The notes: generated by a model from the sequence alone, not told the origin. Positions 11,313 through 26,440 are shown, counted from the first letter of the whole stretch. The stretch is 62,943 nucleotides of DNA, filler included, from Octopus bimaculoides (GCF_001194135.2; 6 parts of 5 records of this genome joined end to end with filler, not necessarily neighbours in it), one strand, 5' to 3'. Numbers and translations: made by a program.

Positions 11313-14300
11313 CTAATCAATTTTTTGCTAAGAATTACGTCGCAAAATATTACATCATAATGAAATAGAAAACAGGTTATATATTACACAATTTGGCATT
11401 AAGGCAATATTGTCATAGTGCGATATTTTGTGGTGTATTTTGCGCCTAACTCTAAGTGAAGTTGACGCAATGACAAAGCAGCTGTTTAAACGAACATAAT
11501 TACGTATTGTCAAATCATTTTTTTTTAACTGTGTGATCGAATATTTTATTTATTTATATATAAGACAAACTATATTTCGCTCGGTGCCTCAATGATATTT
11601 CTTTAATAGACGTATTTTCCATCATTTCTGAATCCTTAGTTTGTGAAAACGTACGTATCCATACCTAACGGAATGTCAACATATTTGTTTTAGTTATTTT
11701 AGGTAAATATGTAGTCATAAATTTGATATTAGATAGATTTGATATTATTTAACGGGTTTTGACATGCAAACCAAGTTATTGAATTAACTGAAAATACGGT
11801 AAGTATATATTAATTTTGTTGCAAGAATTGGCTCATTAAGTTGACATATTCACCTATCTACTACATTTATATCGTGTCCAGCTTCAACGAAGAGTGCCTA
11901 TGACATTGTAGACGATCAGATGCGTTTTAAAAATCTATAAATACAACCATTATAACCTGGTTTTTATTCATGTCATATTGTTATAATATTCATAGTATAA
12001 TACTTTCTGAATACTGGTTTATATTGAAGCTTCCAAGATTTAATCATTAATAATTCAAAGTTTGTTCGATGATCGACAGCTGTGTTTTTGATTTCACCTA
12101 AATAGTTTAGCATGCACTTCAGTCATCTCCCTTCGCTGCTTCATAGCTTGAGTAATTTGTTTCCTCTATGCTGGGATATTAAATGAAATTCTTTACTTCT
12201 ATCATACTTGAACTTATTCGCGTATAATCTAATCGTGGCTCGGTATATCTGTTACATGGTTGTTCAATTTATCCATATTTATGTACATAAGAAAGTAGGC
12301 GACATGATCACTCCGTTGTTTTGCATTTTGCTTAAAGTACATTCTATTACTATTCTCGAAATAATCCCTTAAAACTGTTATTATATATTTCTTATCTTCA
12401 TTAAATAGTATTTTCGAAGAACTCTGAATATTTCCACGTGATCACCACTGTTCATTTTCGTTACAAATAAAGATGATAAACTATGAAGCAACATTTTCAA
12501 GTTCTTAATCATTCTTAATGATTTCCTCCTATCATTTCGTTAACAATGTTTGTAAAGATTTTAGCTGCGTGATGCGTGATATTCTGTGATGCATAATTAG
12601 ACTTCATACAATACTGTAGTTCAGTTTTTGTTCATAATTACGATTTATAGAAAAGAAGCAGTACGTAATACCTACTATAATGGGCGACTGCCTTACTATA
12701 AATTTTAATTACATACTTACAACGAGGAATATATTTTGGCTGATTGGGAGTCATGAAAATATATATCATCTCAAACAATAATTTAGCTCTCAATTATTTG
12801 GTAAATCATAAGAGATTGCCAGCAATAACTCATAGTTTTAAACTTAAGAAAATTGTGTAAATATTGAATATACTCAAGTCAGATTTACCTCAAACGTACT
12901 CTTTGAGACATACTAAATAAGTTAAATATCAGGTGTGAGTATATGTGTGTGTGCATATGTGTGTATGTGCGTGTATGTGTGTGTGTGTGTGTGTGGTGGG
13001 GGTGGTGATAGGGAAATATGGAGATAGTTTAGTTAATCATTAGTTTATAATTCAGTGAGATATCTCCAGGAAAAATTCGGAATTTGTTTTCGAATTTGAA
13101 CTTATATATATGAAAAGCTTGTTGCAGTATCAACTAATTTTGTATTCCTTACATAAATTTTATATTAGATAGCTTTATTATTTGTTACGGCCTTTACATT
13201 TTTCCAAGTGGTTTATGTGTATAAATCAAAAGTGTATCGATCTGTCAGCTGAAATATCATTGGGTATTCATTGCACATTCTTATAGCATTGCACCCGTGG
13301 ATCAGACAATTATTTCATATACTTGCAGAACACTTAATTGTAAGTAAGTTCCGTATAATATAATATATACAGATACCTAATAAATATGATCTAATTTGCT
13401 TTGTATTAAGTATAACTTGTTTTAAGAATTCAGCACTGCTATTAATGCGATTTAGTGGCTGATCAGCACTGATCAGTTATAATTATGATCTAAGATGTTC
13501 GTCACCTCGAACATCAATCCTTTATTGCTAATATAACGTATAAAGGACTTTTAGTATGCAGTGCAAGATTCCTTTCTTTAGGCTTTAAGATGGAAAATAA
13601 GATAAAATTTAATTGTTGTATTTTGTGGTTTAATTCATGACTATAATTAATTGATTGAAGAATAAGTCAAGATAAGCGAATACATTGTTTTGGGATATTT
13701 TCATTACATTTGTCAGACATTTTCCAAAAATCTTCAATCAATTATCTGACGTAGTACGTGCCAAGATTGTGGAAAATATTCCTATATGCATCAGACTAGC
13801 ATTATTGAAATATTTTAAAACAATGAATGTCACAATATTAAGGTTTCTAAATCGTGAAAACTATACGAACACTTGGCATCAAATGATGCCTTACATATCC
13901 GCTTCTATATTAATCTCACTTATATATGTACTTTCCAAATAATCACAGCTGACTGATAATCATTAGTTTTAATTTTACCCCTTTTACTGGTTTTACTTAT
14001 TTTGCCATTGAACAGCAGACATATGGGGGCAATATGTATGTTTATGCGTGCACACTGGCAAATATACAGATTTCGTTCTTTTGGGTATTTTGCAGAATGT
14101 TATTCATAGAATCATTAGCTGATATTTTGACATGAGGGGAGATACATGAAAGGAAAACCGGTTTACATTAGTAAATGAAAACACAAAGAAACCCACATAC
14201 ACAAACATATAATGCATACACACACATATTAATATATCTGGGGAAAGTTATTCTCTTTTAGTGTCCGCAGGCACAATAAAATATGCTCCAACAAACGAAT

Positions 14301-15000
14301 TCGCAAAAAGAATCTTGCAAACCAAAAACTGAATATGACATCAATTCAAACAGGGATTGAACTTGGCAGCCAAACAGAATGATACACTTTTATATACTAA
14401 TCAATGCCATGTAAATGATTTTCGCTATAAACCAATAAATAATTTTTTATTAGCTATTAGATTTTCAAAAGTTTACGCAATTGTACCCTACCTGTCTGTC
14501 TGTCTGTCTGTCCATCTATGTATCTATCTCTTTGCCTATCTAAAGTTGAACAGAAAAAATACGAGGAGAAAATTAGACGAAAAGACAGCAAACGGAAGAC
14601 GAAAACACATGGGTAGACAAAAATAAAAAAAAAATGCTACATGCGGAAAATTAGATGAAACTATACCAAACAGGAAGCTGGACAAAAACATGATACAGGG
14701 ACTATTTGCAGCTGATTACATCCAGTAATTTAACCCACACGCGACTGTTGTTGCCTTTATGACCACTATCGCCAAAATATCCCACTACCGTCCAAACAAT
14801 AAATTCACCAGTACCATCATCATCGTTATCATCATTATTATATACTATAGTAGAAATAGCTGTAGTACTGGGAAATTCCTTGAGGTTATATTGTCTCTAA
14901 TTGTGAAAAGAGTAATAGTAGTAGCTGCATCAGGAACATCAGCAGCAGCAGTAGTACTAGCAGCAGGGATATTGGTTGTGATAATATTATTATTATTATT

Positions 15001-15290
15001 GTTCAATAGTTTTATTTTTATAACGTGCTTTCACTTCACTACCGAGCGCAGGTCTGTGTGCCTTGGGTATGTGCTGTGGTTTGCTGTGATGCTCTTATGG
15101 TTACTGTATTGAAAGTGTTTTGCGTAGGATGTGTGAAGTGCCCAGTAGTGCAATTTTCTGTATGTTATATATATTTGTAAGTCCTGGTGTTTTTTTGTTA
15201 TGTATTTGTCTGAATATTTTTTTTATTATACCTAAGGCACCTACTATGATAGGAATTGTTTCTGTTGTTAGATTCCACATTCGAGTTACC
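15001..15290 (-). mobile_element. 3' end of an RLE-type non-LTR retrotransposon (R4/Dong/HERO-like)
   Basis: KVTRMWNLTTETIPIIVGALG...IQKIALLGTSHILRKTLSIQ-stop is the typical C-terminus of restriction-like-endonuclease elements. A short 3' UTR and an (AAT)n tail follow. Confidence 0.8.
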
Positions 15291-15742
15291 TTATAATAAT
15301 AATGATAATAATAATAATAATAATAATTANNNNNNNNNNNNNNNNNNNNNNNNNNNNNNNNNNNNNNNNNNNNNNNNNNNNNNNNNNNNNNNNNNNNNNN
15401 NNNNNNNNNNNNNNNNNNNNNNNNNNNNNNNNNNNNNNNNNNNNNNNNNNNNNNNNNNNNNNNNNNNNNNNNNNNNNNNNNNNNNNNNNNNNNNNNNNNN
15501 NNNNNNNNNNNNNNNNNNNNNNNNNNNNNNNNNNNNNNNNNNNNNNNNNNNNNNNNNNNNNNNNNNNNNNNNNNNNNNNNNNNNNNNNNNNNNNNNNNNN
15601 NNNNNNNNNNNNNNNNNNNNNNNNNNNNNNNNNNNNNNNNNNNNNNNNNNNNNNNNNNNNNNNNNNNNNNNNNNNNNNNNNNNNNNNNNNNNNNNNNNNN
15701 NNNNNNNNNNNNNNNNNNNNNNNNNNNNNNNNNNNNNNNNNN

Positions 15743-15794
<52 letters not shown>

Positions 15795-16989
15795 GTAATT
15801 GTGACAGTCTTGTATTTCTTTTTAAAGCCAATGCTATTACTGTATAACAATCTAGTCTTGTTCAAATTCTTATACATTATTCGTAGCCAATGATTCATAG
15901 TATTCAAAAGAAACAGACAGGTATACTGCATAACAAAACAAATACGCGTTTTATTTATTTTATTATATTCATTATTATCCAGAGACATTTCCTGCTTCAA
16001 CAAAACTATACTTACTCTGATGATACAAAGGCTTATTTAGCATTTTCTTGGTTTCTTAGATAATATTTTTTCCTATAAACAATAAATATTACTATATGTG
16101 TGTTTCGATGAAAAACAGTATGATATAATGTAAATAATATCTGAATAAGCCGCAGGACATATCACAAAGATATTTCCGAGATCATAAATAATCTCATTTC
16201 TTACAGAAGATTGCCAATGACGCTAGTTGTCATTTATGCAAACATTTCAGGTAATAATTCAGTCCTGCTATATTGCTGATCATTTGTAATGCTTAATTGT
16301 TGTCCAGTGAGTACCCTACAAATACCTAAGGCAAGTGTTCAGTAAAATGTGTTAAATTCTTATACCACAAAATACAAAATTCGACTGATTGACATATTCA
16401 CTCAGTCCAGTCAACACATTTTCGTCAATGATATCACATCTATTACGAGTACACTAGCAGCGTTTTGTTTTCAAGACGACTAAGTCCCTCTCTTATCGCA
16501 ACCATCACTTTCTACTATTATGCCCCGTTCTACACACCGAAAACTAATGACTAGGCTATACGTATTTTCTGTATGATATTTGAGTAAGCATTCGGCGATA
16601 TAGATTTCTCTTTCAGCATAATTATTTTCTCAGTTTATCCACCTACATTTCCAAAGTTTGGGTGTACAACAACTGCAATAGTATCACTCTGCGTATAATT
16701 GTTTCGCTATATTATAGACACAAACGATTTTGTAGCAAACCCTCTCAAATAAGAAGCATATATATATATGCTGCCGGAAAGTGAAAACATGGCCATGGTA
16801 TTTTGCAGTAATTTAGTAATTTATAGCGAAATAAACATATCTTTAGACACTTTTCCATGTTACATATATTATTCTATTCATATCAGATAGTTAGCATAAG
16901 TTGTACTGTATAGAGATAATGAAACACTTTGAAAATTGTAAATGCTAATTATTCAGTTAAATTTTTCTTATAATATTTAATCTCAGGTA

Positions 16990-17125
16990 AGGCAGAAAGA
17001 TGTCAGAATCGTTAGCACACCGGACAATATGCTTTGCAGCATTTCGTCCGTCTTTACATTCTGATTTCAAATTCTGCCGAGCTCGGCTTTACCATTCGAA
17101 CTTACGGGATTCGTTAAATAATTAT
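16990..17125 (+). mobile_element. SINE family A, degenerate copy
   Basis: gtcagaatcgttagcacaccgg...ttcaaattctgccgag aligns with the 22015 copy. Confidence 0.7.
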
Positions 17126-18137
17126 CATTTGAATTCGTAGGTCTATGTCAACTTAACTCCTTTCCTGAAATTGCTGAATTAGAGCCAAAATAAATATTTA
17201 ATGCCATAAATAAAGAATATGTTATATCACGTAAAAAGAAAATGACACGGCAAAGAAAGAGAATTATTTCAGATGCATTTCACAAATTATGGACTCAAAT
17301 CAAGATGATATATCCTAATATACACAAACGAATCTAAAAATGCTGGTATTTTTTTTGTATACTCTCTATATATGCTGACATTAGGAAATATTTCTATACC
17401 TCCTAGTAATCTTACACGACCATAATATTAATACTTAATGCATACACATATACCCAAACACAGACACACAGACACGCGCACAGACATACATACTCACACT
17501 TACACAAAACATACATATATAACAGAAATATACGTATATATATACATTTATATATATTCATATATATATATATATATATATATANNNNNNNNNNNNNNNN
17601 NNNNNNNNNNNNNNNNNNNNNNNNNNNNNNNNNNNNNNNNNNNNNNNNNNNNNNNNNNNNNNNNNNNNNNNNNNNNNNNNNNNNNNNNNNNNNNNNNNNN
17701 NNNNNNNNNNNNNNNNNNNNNNNNNNNNNNNNNNNNNNNNNNNNNNNNNNNNNNNNNNNNNNNNNNNNNNNNNNNNNNNNNNNNNNNNNNNNNNNNNNNN
17801 NNNNNNNNNNNNNNNNNNNNNNNNNNNNNNNNNNNNNNNNNNNNNNNNNNNNNNNNNNNNNNNNNNNNNNNNNNNNNNNNNNNNNNNNNNNNNNNNNNNN
17901 NNNNNNNNNNNNNNNNNNNNNNNNNNNNNNNNNNNNNNNNNNNNNNNNNNNNNNNNNNNNNNNNNNNNNNNNNNNNNNNNNNNNNNNNNNNNNNNNNNNN
18001 NNNNNNNNNNNNNNNNNNNNNNNNNNNNNNNNNNNNNNNNNNNNNNNNNNNNNNNNNNNNNNNNNNNNNNNNNNNNNNNNNNNNNNNNNNNNNNNNNNNN
18101 NNNNNNNNNNNNNNNNNNNNNNNNNNNNNNNNNNNNN

Positions 18138-18170
<33 letters not shown>

Positions 18171-19190
18171 TAACACTAATGTTTGTTGTAAACTAGATGA
18201 CAGTCATTTTCCTCTCACGAATATATGTAGTAAATGTACATATATATTCCCCTTCGAATGTTACACTAAATTTTGTACAGCATGAACTGATTTTATATAT
18301 TGTAATGAAATAATTATTCCTAATAATGTTTTATATAATTTGATTTCATTTCTTTTACTGTTATTAGAACATAATTTTCTATATAAACAATTAGTTAAGC
18401 GTAGAAATCAAATGTTAGTTAAAGAAAAATTGCAAATTACAGTGAAATTAATTTTTGTTCTTAATTAGATAGAGAATATGATTGCCTTGCAAATCATATT
18501 TCATGTTTAGCTTATATTTTCCTCTCATTATATAACAAACCTGAATTATTGACATTTTATTTACTTCTATAATATAACATAGGTCATTAATGTGTGATCT
18601 AATTCAATCAGTGCTAACCGAACACGTGCGTGTTTATGTTAGTGTCTGTTAGCTGTAATATGTTTGTAATTGACTTCTAATATTTAAAAGTTCGTTAAAC
18701 GTGACAGAAAACGTTTATATCAGACACTAATTTTATTCGTAAGAGGAAGTAATGTCCCTGTCCACTTACAGAAATTCCGAAGTCAGTGGAATAATCGGCG
18801 AAAAAGATATACATCACTCATGGTGGGTTACAGTAGCAACTTACATTTGCATCGAAAACCTGATCTGAATCTTTGAAACCTAGCGAGTTACTACTCTAAA
18901 TTATTAAAGTGCAATGAAATGAATTCAGCAGATGCAGCATAGAATGTCAATCACTCAATAACAATGGAAGTATAATGCCTCAGACACTTCGTATTAATAT
19001 TTCAGTGATGCCAGCACAATGAAGTGTACAATAAACATATATATATATCTTTCTATCTCTATCACTATTCACACAGGCATACACGTGCGTATTCACAAAT
19101 TCAGAGGCATACATTCCTGCACATAAGCACAAGCACATGTAAGGAGAGATACATAGAAATATTCAAATATAGATTTTGATAATTTGTATA

Positions 19191-19438
19191 CAATAATCCC
19201 TCACCTATCACGGTGTTACGTTCCAAAATACCTCGCGATAGGTGAAAATCCGCTACGTGAGACAGTACTATTTATATATTTAAAAAAATTATTTTTATAA
19301 TTTCTATATATTTATTATATTATAGATGCAAAACAACACCACAGAGGAATCAACGTAAGCTTAAATATGTAACTGCGATAGACGGGCCGCGATATGCGAA
19401 CTGCGATAGATGAACCGTGATATTGCGAGGCATTACTG
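19191..19438. mobile_element. Tigger/pogo-like MITE
   Basis: TA|caataatccctcacc ... gcgaggcattactg|TA: imperfect TIRs and TA target duplication. Confidence 0.75.
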
Positions 19439-20304
19439 TAGTTAAATGTTCTCCGTAGCTACTAAGATTCTAAAATGGCAATGAAAATCACTGAATTATT
19501 TTAATCTTTTACTTAGTGTCTCAGGCACAGAATTATATCAACTTAATGAGGTGTGTTCAATAAATATAATCAAGCAAAACATAGGATATGTAGATTCCTT
19601 TCTCAAAACAGGAATTAAATTGCATTAAACGAAAATTTTTTACAACTATTTTAGTCCAGCAAATGGAACCCAATACTGAATTTTTAGTTTATGGGGTCGT
19701 TTTGTTCGACTTTTCTATTGTTTTTTTTTCTTAACCACTAAGATATAGGGTCGTAAATAAACCAACACCATTTGTCAAACAATAATTTTCTTTTAATGCA
19801 ATGTTAATTCCTATTCTTAGAAAGGAATCTACATATTCTATGTTTCGTTTGATTACATTTATATACGTATATATATATATATATATATATNNNNNNNNNN
19901 NNNNNNNNNNNNNNNNNNNNNNNNNNNNNNNNNNNNNNNNNNNNNNNNNNNNNNNNNNNNNNNNNNNNNNNNNNNNNNNNNNNNNNNNNNNNNNNNNNNN
20001 NNNNNNNNNNNNNNNNNNNNNNNNNNNNNNNNNNNNNNNNNNNNNNNNNNNNNNNNNNNNNNNNNNNNNNNNNNNNNNNNNNNNNNNNNNNNNNNNNNNN
20101 NNNNNNNNNNNNNNNNNNNNNNNNNNNNNNNNNNNNNNNNNNNNNNNNNNNNNNNNNNNNNNNNNNNNNNNNNNNNNNNNNNNNNNNNNNNNNNNNNNNN
20201 NNNNNNNNNNNNNNNNNNNNNNNNNNNNNNNNNNNNNNNNNNNNNNNNNNNNNNNNNNNNNNNNNNNNNNNNNNNNNNNNNNNNNNNNNNNNNNNNNNNN
20301 NNNN

Positions 20305-20337
<33 letters not shown>

Positions 20338-21030
20338 CTGTCTGTGTGTGTGTATGTGTGTGTTTGTGTATATGCCATATTTTCCGTTTGCTGCCATTTA
20401 TTTAATCCTGAAATATATGTGTGTGTGTGTGTGTAAGTTGGGTTTCTTTCAGATTGCATCCACAAAGCCCGTATGCATTGCTTTTACCGCGGCTGGGGTT
20501 ATAAAAGATGGAACTTGCTGTATGTACGTACCATCACCATGCAGTCGGACTGAACCAGAACCACGTGGTTGGGAAGCAAATTCGATACCACACAGTAACA
20601 CGTCTGATTATATATAAATATAGTTATTTGTTTCTTTATAATCATCAGTAATATTCTGATTTGTTGAATTACTGATATCCGTTATTATTCGAATGACTAT
20701 GAGTTAGTAATTTCTGTAATTCAGGGTTGCTTACAGCATACGTGGTAATTTTATAAATGTTTGAGTAATCAATTTAACGTCCTAAATTAACTTTTAGTCT
20801 GTCTGAGAATTTCTCTAAAAAGTTACATTTTATACAGTATCTGTTTCCAGACGGATTATACATGCATATGTGAATGCACATATGCATATACATGCACGCA
20901 AACATCCACACATGCATATAGATGTATGCACTCACAGACTCTCACACAAATACACTACACATATACATACACACATATACATGAATATATATCTATAGCT
21001 ACATATGTATGTCAATATGTACATATGTAT

Positions 21031-21420
21031 TGTTGTTGTTGGCACTCCATCGCTTACGACGTCGAGGGTTCCAGTTGATCCGATCAACGGAACAGCCTGC
21101 TCGTGAAATTAACGTGCAAGTGGCTGAGCACTCCACAGACACGTGTACTCTTAACGTAGTTCTCGGGGATATTCAGCGTGACACAGAGTGTGACAAGGCT
21201 GACCCTTTGAATTACAGACACAACAGAAACAGGAAGAAAGAGTGAGAGAAAGTTGTGGTGAAAGAGTACAGCAGGGTTCACCACCATCCCCTGCCGGAGC
21301 CTCATGGAGCTTTAGGTGTTTTCGCTCAATAAACACTCACAACGCCCGGTCTGGGAATCCAAACCGCGATCCTATGACCGCGAGTCTGCTGCCCAAACCA
21401 CTGGGCCATTGCGTCTCCAC
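21031..21420 (-). mobile_element. tRNA-derived SINE family C, full length
   Basis: Minus-strand head gtggagacgcaaTGGCCCAGTGG...GGTTTGGATTCCC (pol III A/B boxes). A near-identical copy lies at 47346-47624. Confidence 0.9.
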
Positions 21421-21476
21421 GAACATATGTATACACACATATATACATACATATGTACATATGTATAGTGTGAGAA

Positions 21477-21507
<31 letters not shown>

Positions 21508-21530
21508 GAGACACACACAGAGGGAGAGAG

Positions 21531-21570
<40 letters not shown>

Positions 21571-22014
21571 CGAAAGGAAGGAAGAAAGAATGAAATAGGA
21601 ACTGAAGTAGGTGGATAGAGAAATATATCAATAGGATGAATATTGGATGTGCTTAAATTGAAAATTTTTATAAATTATCTGTGAAAATAAATTTTAACGA
21701 AAACTAATTCTGACTTGATGTATTTACTAATTGCATTATTTTAGTATTTTTGAATATATTTAAACGATAACGCTGAAGATAATATATAACTATTGCGTAA
21801 ACGACATGATGTAGTGAAGAACTTTAATGAAAAAGATCATACTGAGATAAGTTCCCACATCTCCAGAGAGATAAACGTCCAACTGCTGCACATACCAAAT
21901 GAAAAAATCTGTAGATTAGAATAGAAGACCCTTAAACACATAAGGTGCGTATGGTAGACCAGTCAACGTTATTTATTGCATGTAACGCACGTCGATATTA
22001 CTATGTTGCATTAA

Positions 22015-22228
22015 GGCGGTGAGCTGGCAGAACCGTTAGCACGCCGGGCAAAACGCTTAGCAGCATTTCATCCGCCATACATTCTGAGTTCAAATTCCGC
22101 CGAGATCGACTTTGTCTTTCATCCATTCGGGGTCGATTAAATAAGTAGCAGTTATGCACTGGGGTCGTTGTAGTCTACTAACCCCTCATCCAAATTTCAA
22201 GTCTTGTACCTACAGTAGAAGGGATATC
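22015..22228 (+). mobile_element. tRNA-derived SINE family A, full length with TSD
   Basis: Head ggcggtgagctggcagaa...GAGTTCAAATTCC; central gactttg.ctttcatcc.ttcggggtcgat. Flanking 11-bp direct repeat actatgttgca at 22000-22010 and 22229-22239. Confidence 0.9.
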
Positions 22229-22639
22229 ACTATGTTGCAAGATTGCAACCACGTGAAGCAAACTTTGTTAACTGCGTGTTAGTAAACGGCTCTTTGTGAG
22301 GCAGCGGTTTCAGTTTCAATATAGGATTTTAGATTTAAGCGAATTGATAGATTTGCTCTGAAATAAATATATCGATATATTTAAAGATTCATTTGTTTTA
22401 CATCTATGCTTACGAAAGGAGTTCAATTTGCATACAGGCACATGCGCACGTTCACGAATGTACCGACACACATAAATGTTTTAGAATATAAACTAACGCA
22501 GAATCTATCTATTCACCTCTCTCCACCTGACGCTCGTTCTATCATTATATGTATGTATGTATGTAAGAATGTGTCTGTGCGTGTGTGTGTATATATGTAT
22601 GAATATTAACATATATATGTTAATATATATATGCATATG

Positions 22640-22679
<40 letters not shown>

Positions 22680-23617
22680 CGTATATATATATATATCAGT
22701 GTGTATACGCGTGTATATCAACATATGCATACATGTGTAAGTATATGCATATAGATGGGTGTTTATGTGTTTATACACAAACACATGCACACACAGTAAT
22801 ATTACTTTATATAATTATATCATTTTGTTAGTTGTAAATACAATGTTCATGCATTAATTTTTTTCTCTTTCATTTTCCCAGTTTAACGCAATAATATCGA
22901 CTGAAGAGAAACTTATTCTTAATCTTTCTCTCTGATCTTTGATGAAATTTCAAAGACATCTTTACATTCTTGGATTAAACAGAAGTAATCGGATTACTTT
23001 CTAACTCATCTGATTTCACACATAATCGTAAATAAACACTCGCGTATTTTTTATATTCGTATGTACGTGTTGATGTAAGTTCATATATGTGTATATAAAC
23101 ATATGTATATATATATATGTGTGCGCGCGCGCATGTGTTTGTGTATATATGTGTGTGTAGCTGAGAATATATACACATACATACGTTGTGTGTTTTGTAT
23201 TGTTCGTGCATATTTGCGTTTGTGTTATATTAGATCTGCAATGGACGATTTTACTTTTTATTACTACTAATACATACTTGTTGATGCAGGAAATTCAATC
23301 TGTCAATCTACATTAAAATTATATATATATATTTGATAACGTACTTCAGAAATTGTATTCTTTTACATCATAGTCTGAGATTCTCAAAAAAGTGTAGTTA
23401 GTTATCACTCAAAATTTTCTACACAATATCACGCTTATTTATATTTTATTCTCATAACGTTTATGACACATTTTATTCGATTTGGCGGAGAAAATTTCAA
23501 TTTCCTATGGAATATCTATCTATCTGTCTATATACAAATACACACACATACACGCACGCGCGCACGCGCACACACACATTTATATACATATACACACACA
23601 GATATATATACATATAT

Positions 23618-23674
<57 letters not shown>

Positions 23675-24299
23675 NNNNNNNNNNNNNNNNNNNNNNNNNN
23701 NNNNNNNNNNNNNNNNNNNNNNNNNNNNNNNNNNNNNNNNNNNNNNNNNNNNNNNNNNNNNNNNNNNNNNNNNNNNNNNNNNNNNNNNNNNNNNNNNNNN
23801 NNNNNNNNNNNNNNNNNNNNNNNNNNNNNNNNNNNNNNNNNNNNNNNNNNNNNNNNNNNNNNNNNNNNNNNNNNNNNNATATATATATATATATATAATT
23901 GAAACATATTTTAAGAATCAAATACCGCACATGGTGTTAAGTGAAAAATAGAACGAAATAAAGAAAATGCACACCAGGCATGAGGGTAATGGCTTTTTTG
24001 GAAGCAGATATACATGCAAATAATTTGGTTGAAGTTATATTAAGACGCATAAGGATCATTATAAAAAGTCATACCTGTTTTCCTATAGGTAGTCACTGAC
24101 TGTGAATCAACACCGTTTATCAAGTGGTGTTGAGTATAGACATATACGTAAGTGAAAATCATGGATGCAAGTGAAATAAACAGTTCTGAAAGTGATGTAA
24201 TTAATGTATATACAATTTCTGGAATTTAAGGTAGTGTTTGAGATATACAAGGTTATTGATAATAGGTAGGTTAGTAGTGTCCTGTATTGTGTTGTGTGT

Positions 24300-26440
24300 T
24301 CATTTTAATTGTGGTTGATATTTCTCAATAAAATTTACCTCTCCATTTAATATTTGCTGCACTGAGGTGTCCTGGAAACATTGATGAAAAGGAAAGATTA
24401 GGAAGTATGTTTTGAGGTTCCTAGAATATCTATCTATGTTTTTACTGATCTGTATCTGTATTCGTTCCTTGCGTAGTGTTGTTCTTCGTGTGAGGGAATT
24501 CGTGCTTGGCCTATATTGTGGTTTCTGCAACCTCAGCAGGTAATAACATAAATTAAGTTTTCAGATCCACAAGTGAAAATTTGACTGTAATTTAAATATT
24601 TCACCTCCAAAAATGTGGGAGCATGTGCCACGTCCGCATTCCTCAACTTTTGGCTCTGTTACTAAGGGATATAATTTTGCGCCGATTAGTATTCTTTGCA
24701 ACGATTCCGATTGTATTTTGCTTTTGATAAATTTGTGTGAGTTCAAAATTTCATTCCTTGTCACTAGTGAGAACAGGTAGATTTTGCATGATGATATTGA
24801 ATGCTTCATTGTTTCTTTGGATGTGTGTGGAGATATAGGGAAGTACTTTTAAATCTTGTGTGACATTTCGGTTGACTTTCCTTAAAGTTTGAATGTCTAA
24901 TTTTCTTTGCTCCTTTGATCCCATCATCTATTAATGATATGGAGTAATGTCTCCTAGTTAGTTTTGATTTAGGTTTACGAAGTATAAGTTCACGTGTATT
25001 GCTATTCTAGATTCTTTTCGCTAGATTATAAGGTATATTAATTTTTATTTGTTTCGGCATGAGTCGAATAATAGCTATTGTTTTGAATCTGTGGGTTTAT
25101 GAAAGTTGTCTGTTTCAATGTGGTTATTGACTATTTTAATTACAATGTCAAGAAAGAGTCGTTATTTATTGCCGTGTTCAATGGTGAATTGTATATTGCT
25201 ATTGATATTGTTAATCATTACTTTGAAATCGAGGATTTTGTCCATACGGTCGTTCCAAAGTATAAAACAATCATCCAAGTACCTTTTCCAGTGCACCTTT
25301 AAGTAGCAATGGAATGAAGTGCCACATTTTTGTTGCGATACTTTGTATATTTTAAGTTCTAAATAGCACACTACACGGTACGCAATCAATGGGACAGCTC
25401 AAGATCCCCTTGCAGTTCGACACTTTGTCAATATTAAACTATATCAGACATGAAATAGTTGTTCTGGAGGATAAATTTCAGTGCTGTTATTATGAAGTTG
25501 TGGTTGATGCGTCCTGAGATCTCTTCCGGATATTTTTCTTTCCAGAAGATGATTCCTTCTATACAATAATCGTATGGAATATTGGTGTACAGGTTCACCA
25601 CATCGAATGATGCTAATACGGTCCCTTCATTTATTATTTTCGGGAGGTGCTTAAGCATGTGTAGATCATCTATGGTAAAACGTTCAACATATTTCAAAAA
25701 CGGTTCAAGTAGGATGTCGAGGAAATGGCTCAAACAGTGAGTTTCACAAGATGGACTACCAATGATGGGTCTTAGTTTGAGGTCAGTAGGGGTTGACATT
25801 GTTGTATTAGCTTGATGATTCTTTGCAAGATTTACTAATTTTTGAACTTTTATGTATTTTGAGTAAGCCGTAGAAAAGATTTAGTTTGTATTTGAAATTG
25901 GATAGATAGTCGATTTCTTTTTTTGTGAAGCCGTTGCCATGTATTTGAATTATCGGAAATAATTTTTTTTAATGTCGTCTATGGGTTGTAGTTCTCTATC
26001 GACTCATAGTAGGTATTGCTTTCCACCAATGATAGTACTAAATTTTTATAGTACTCTGTGTTCATTTCCTTTATCGGCTTCTTTAATAATCAGACATATC
26101 ATTCTGTAACTCGATTAGGTTTTTCCGTTCATTTGTGTTGAGGTTGGATTTAAATCTTTGTTTTTGTAGGGCATTGAATGGAAAATTGGTAATGTGTTCA
26201 CGAAAGACATCAAGTGCGTTATTTCTACTTTTAGTTAGAAAGTATTCGGTTTTGTTTTTCACTATTCGGTCATCTTCGTTGTTGTAGTTACAAAGTGTTT
26301 TTATGAGACGTAATTTTCGGAAGAAGTCCATAATGTTGTCCTTGACTACATTCTGCTTAGTTTTCCTGTGTGAAGGCTCGGTAGGTAGTAGCAGATATGA
26401 AAAAATATTTCGTTCCAAATATTTCTCTGCACCCATAAAA
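24300..26440 (-). mobile_element. Second, distinct Penelope-like element (RT + Cys linker + GIY-YIG), decayed
   Basis: DFFRKLRL..KSNLNTNERKNLIELQND; LKLRPIIGSPSCET; LASFDVVNLYTNIP; WKRYLDDCFILW..NINSNIQFTIE; PKVEECGRGTCSH; FLIFPFHQC..EVNFIEKYQPQL. Confidence 0.92.

Noticed and set aside
13685-13942. 85-aa ORF
   Set aside because: TTG start, AT-rich, no motif.
21340-22100. tRNA-like heads with A/B boxes
   Set aside because: They continue into multi-copy SINE bodies and lack a complete cloverleaf, so they are not tRNA genes.
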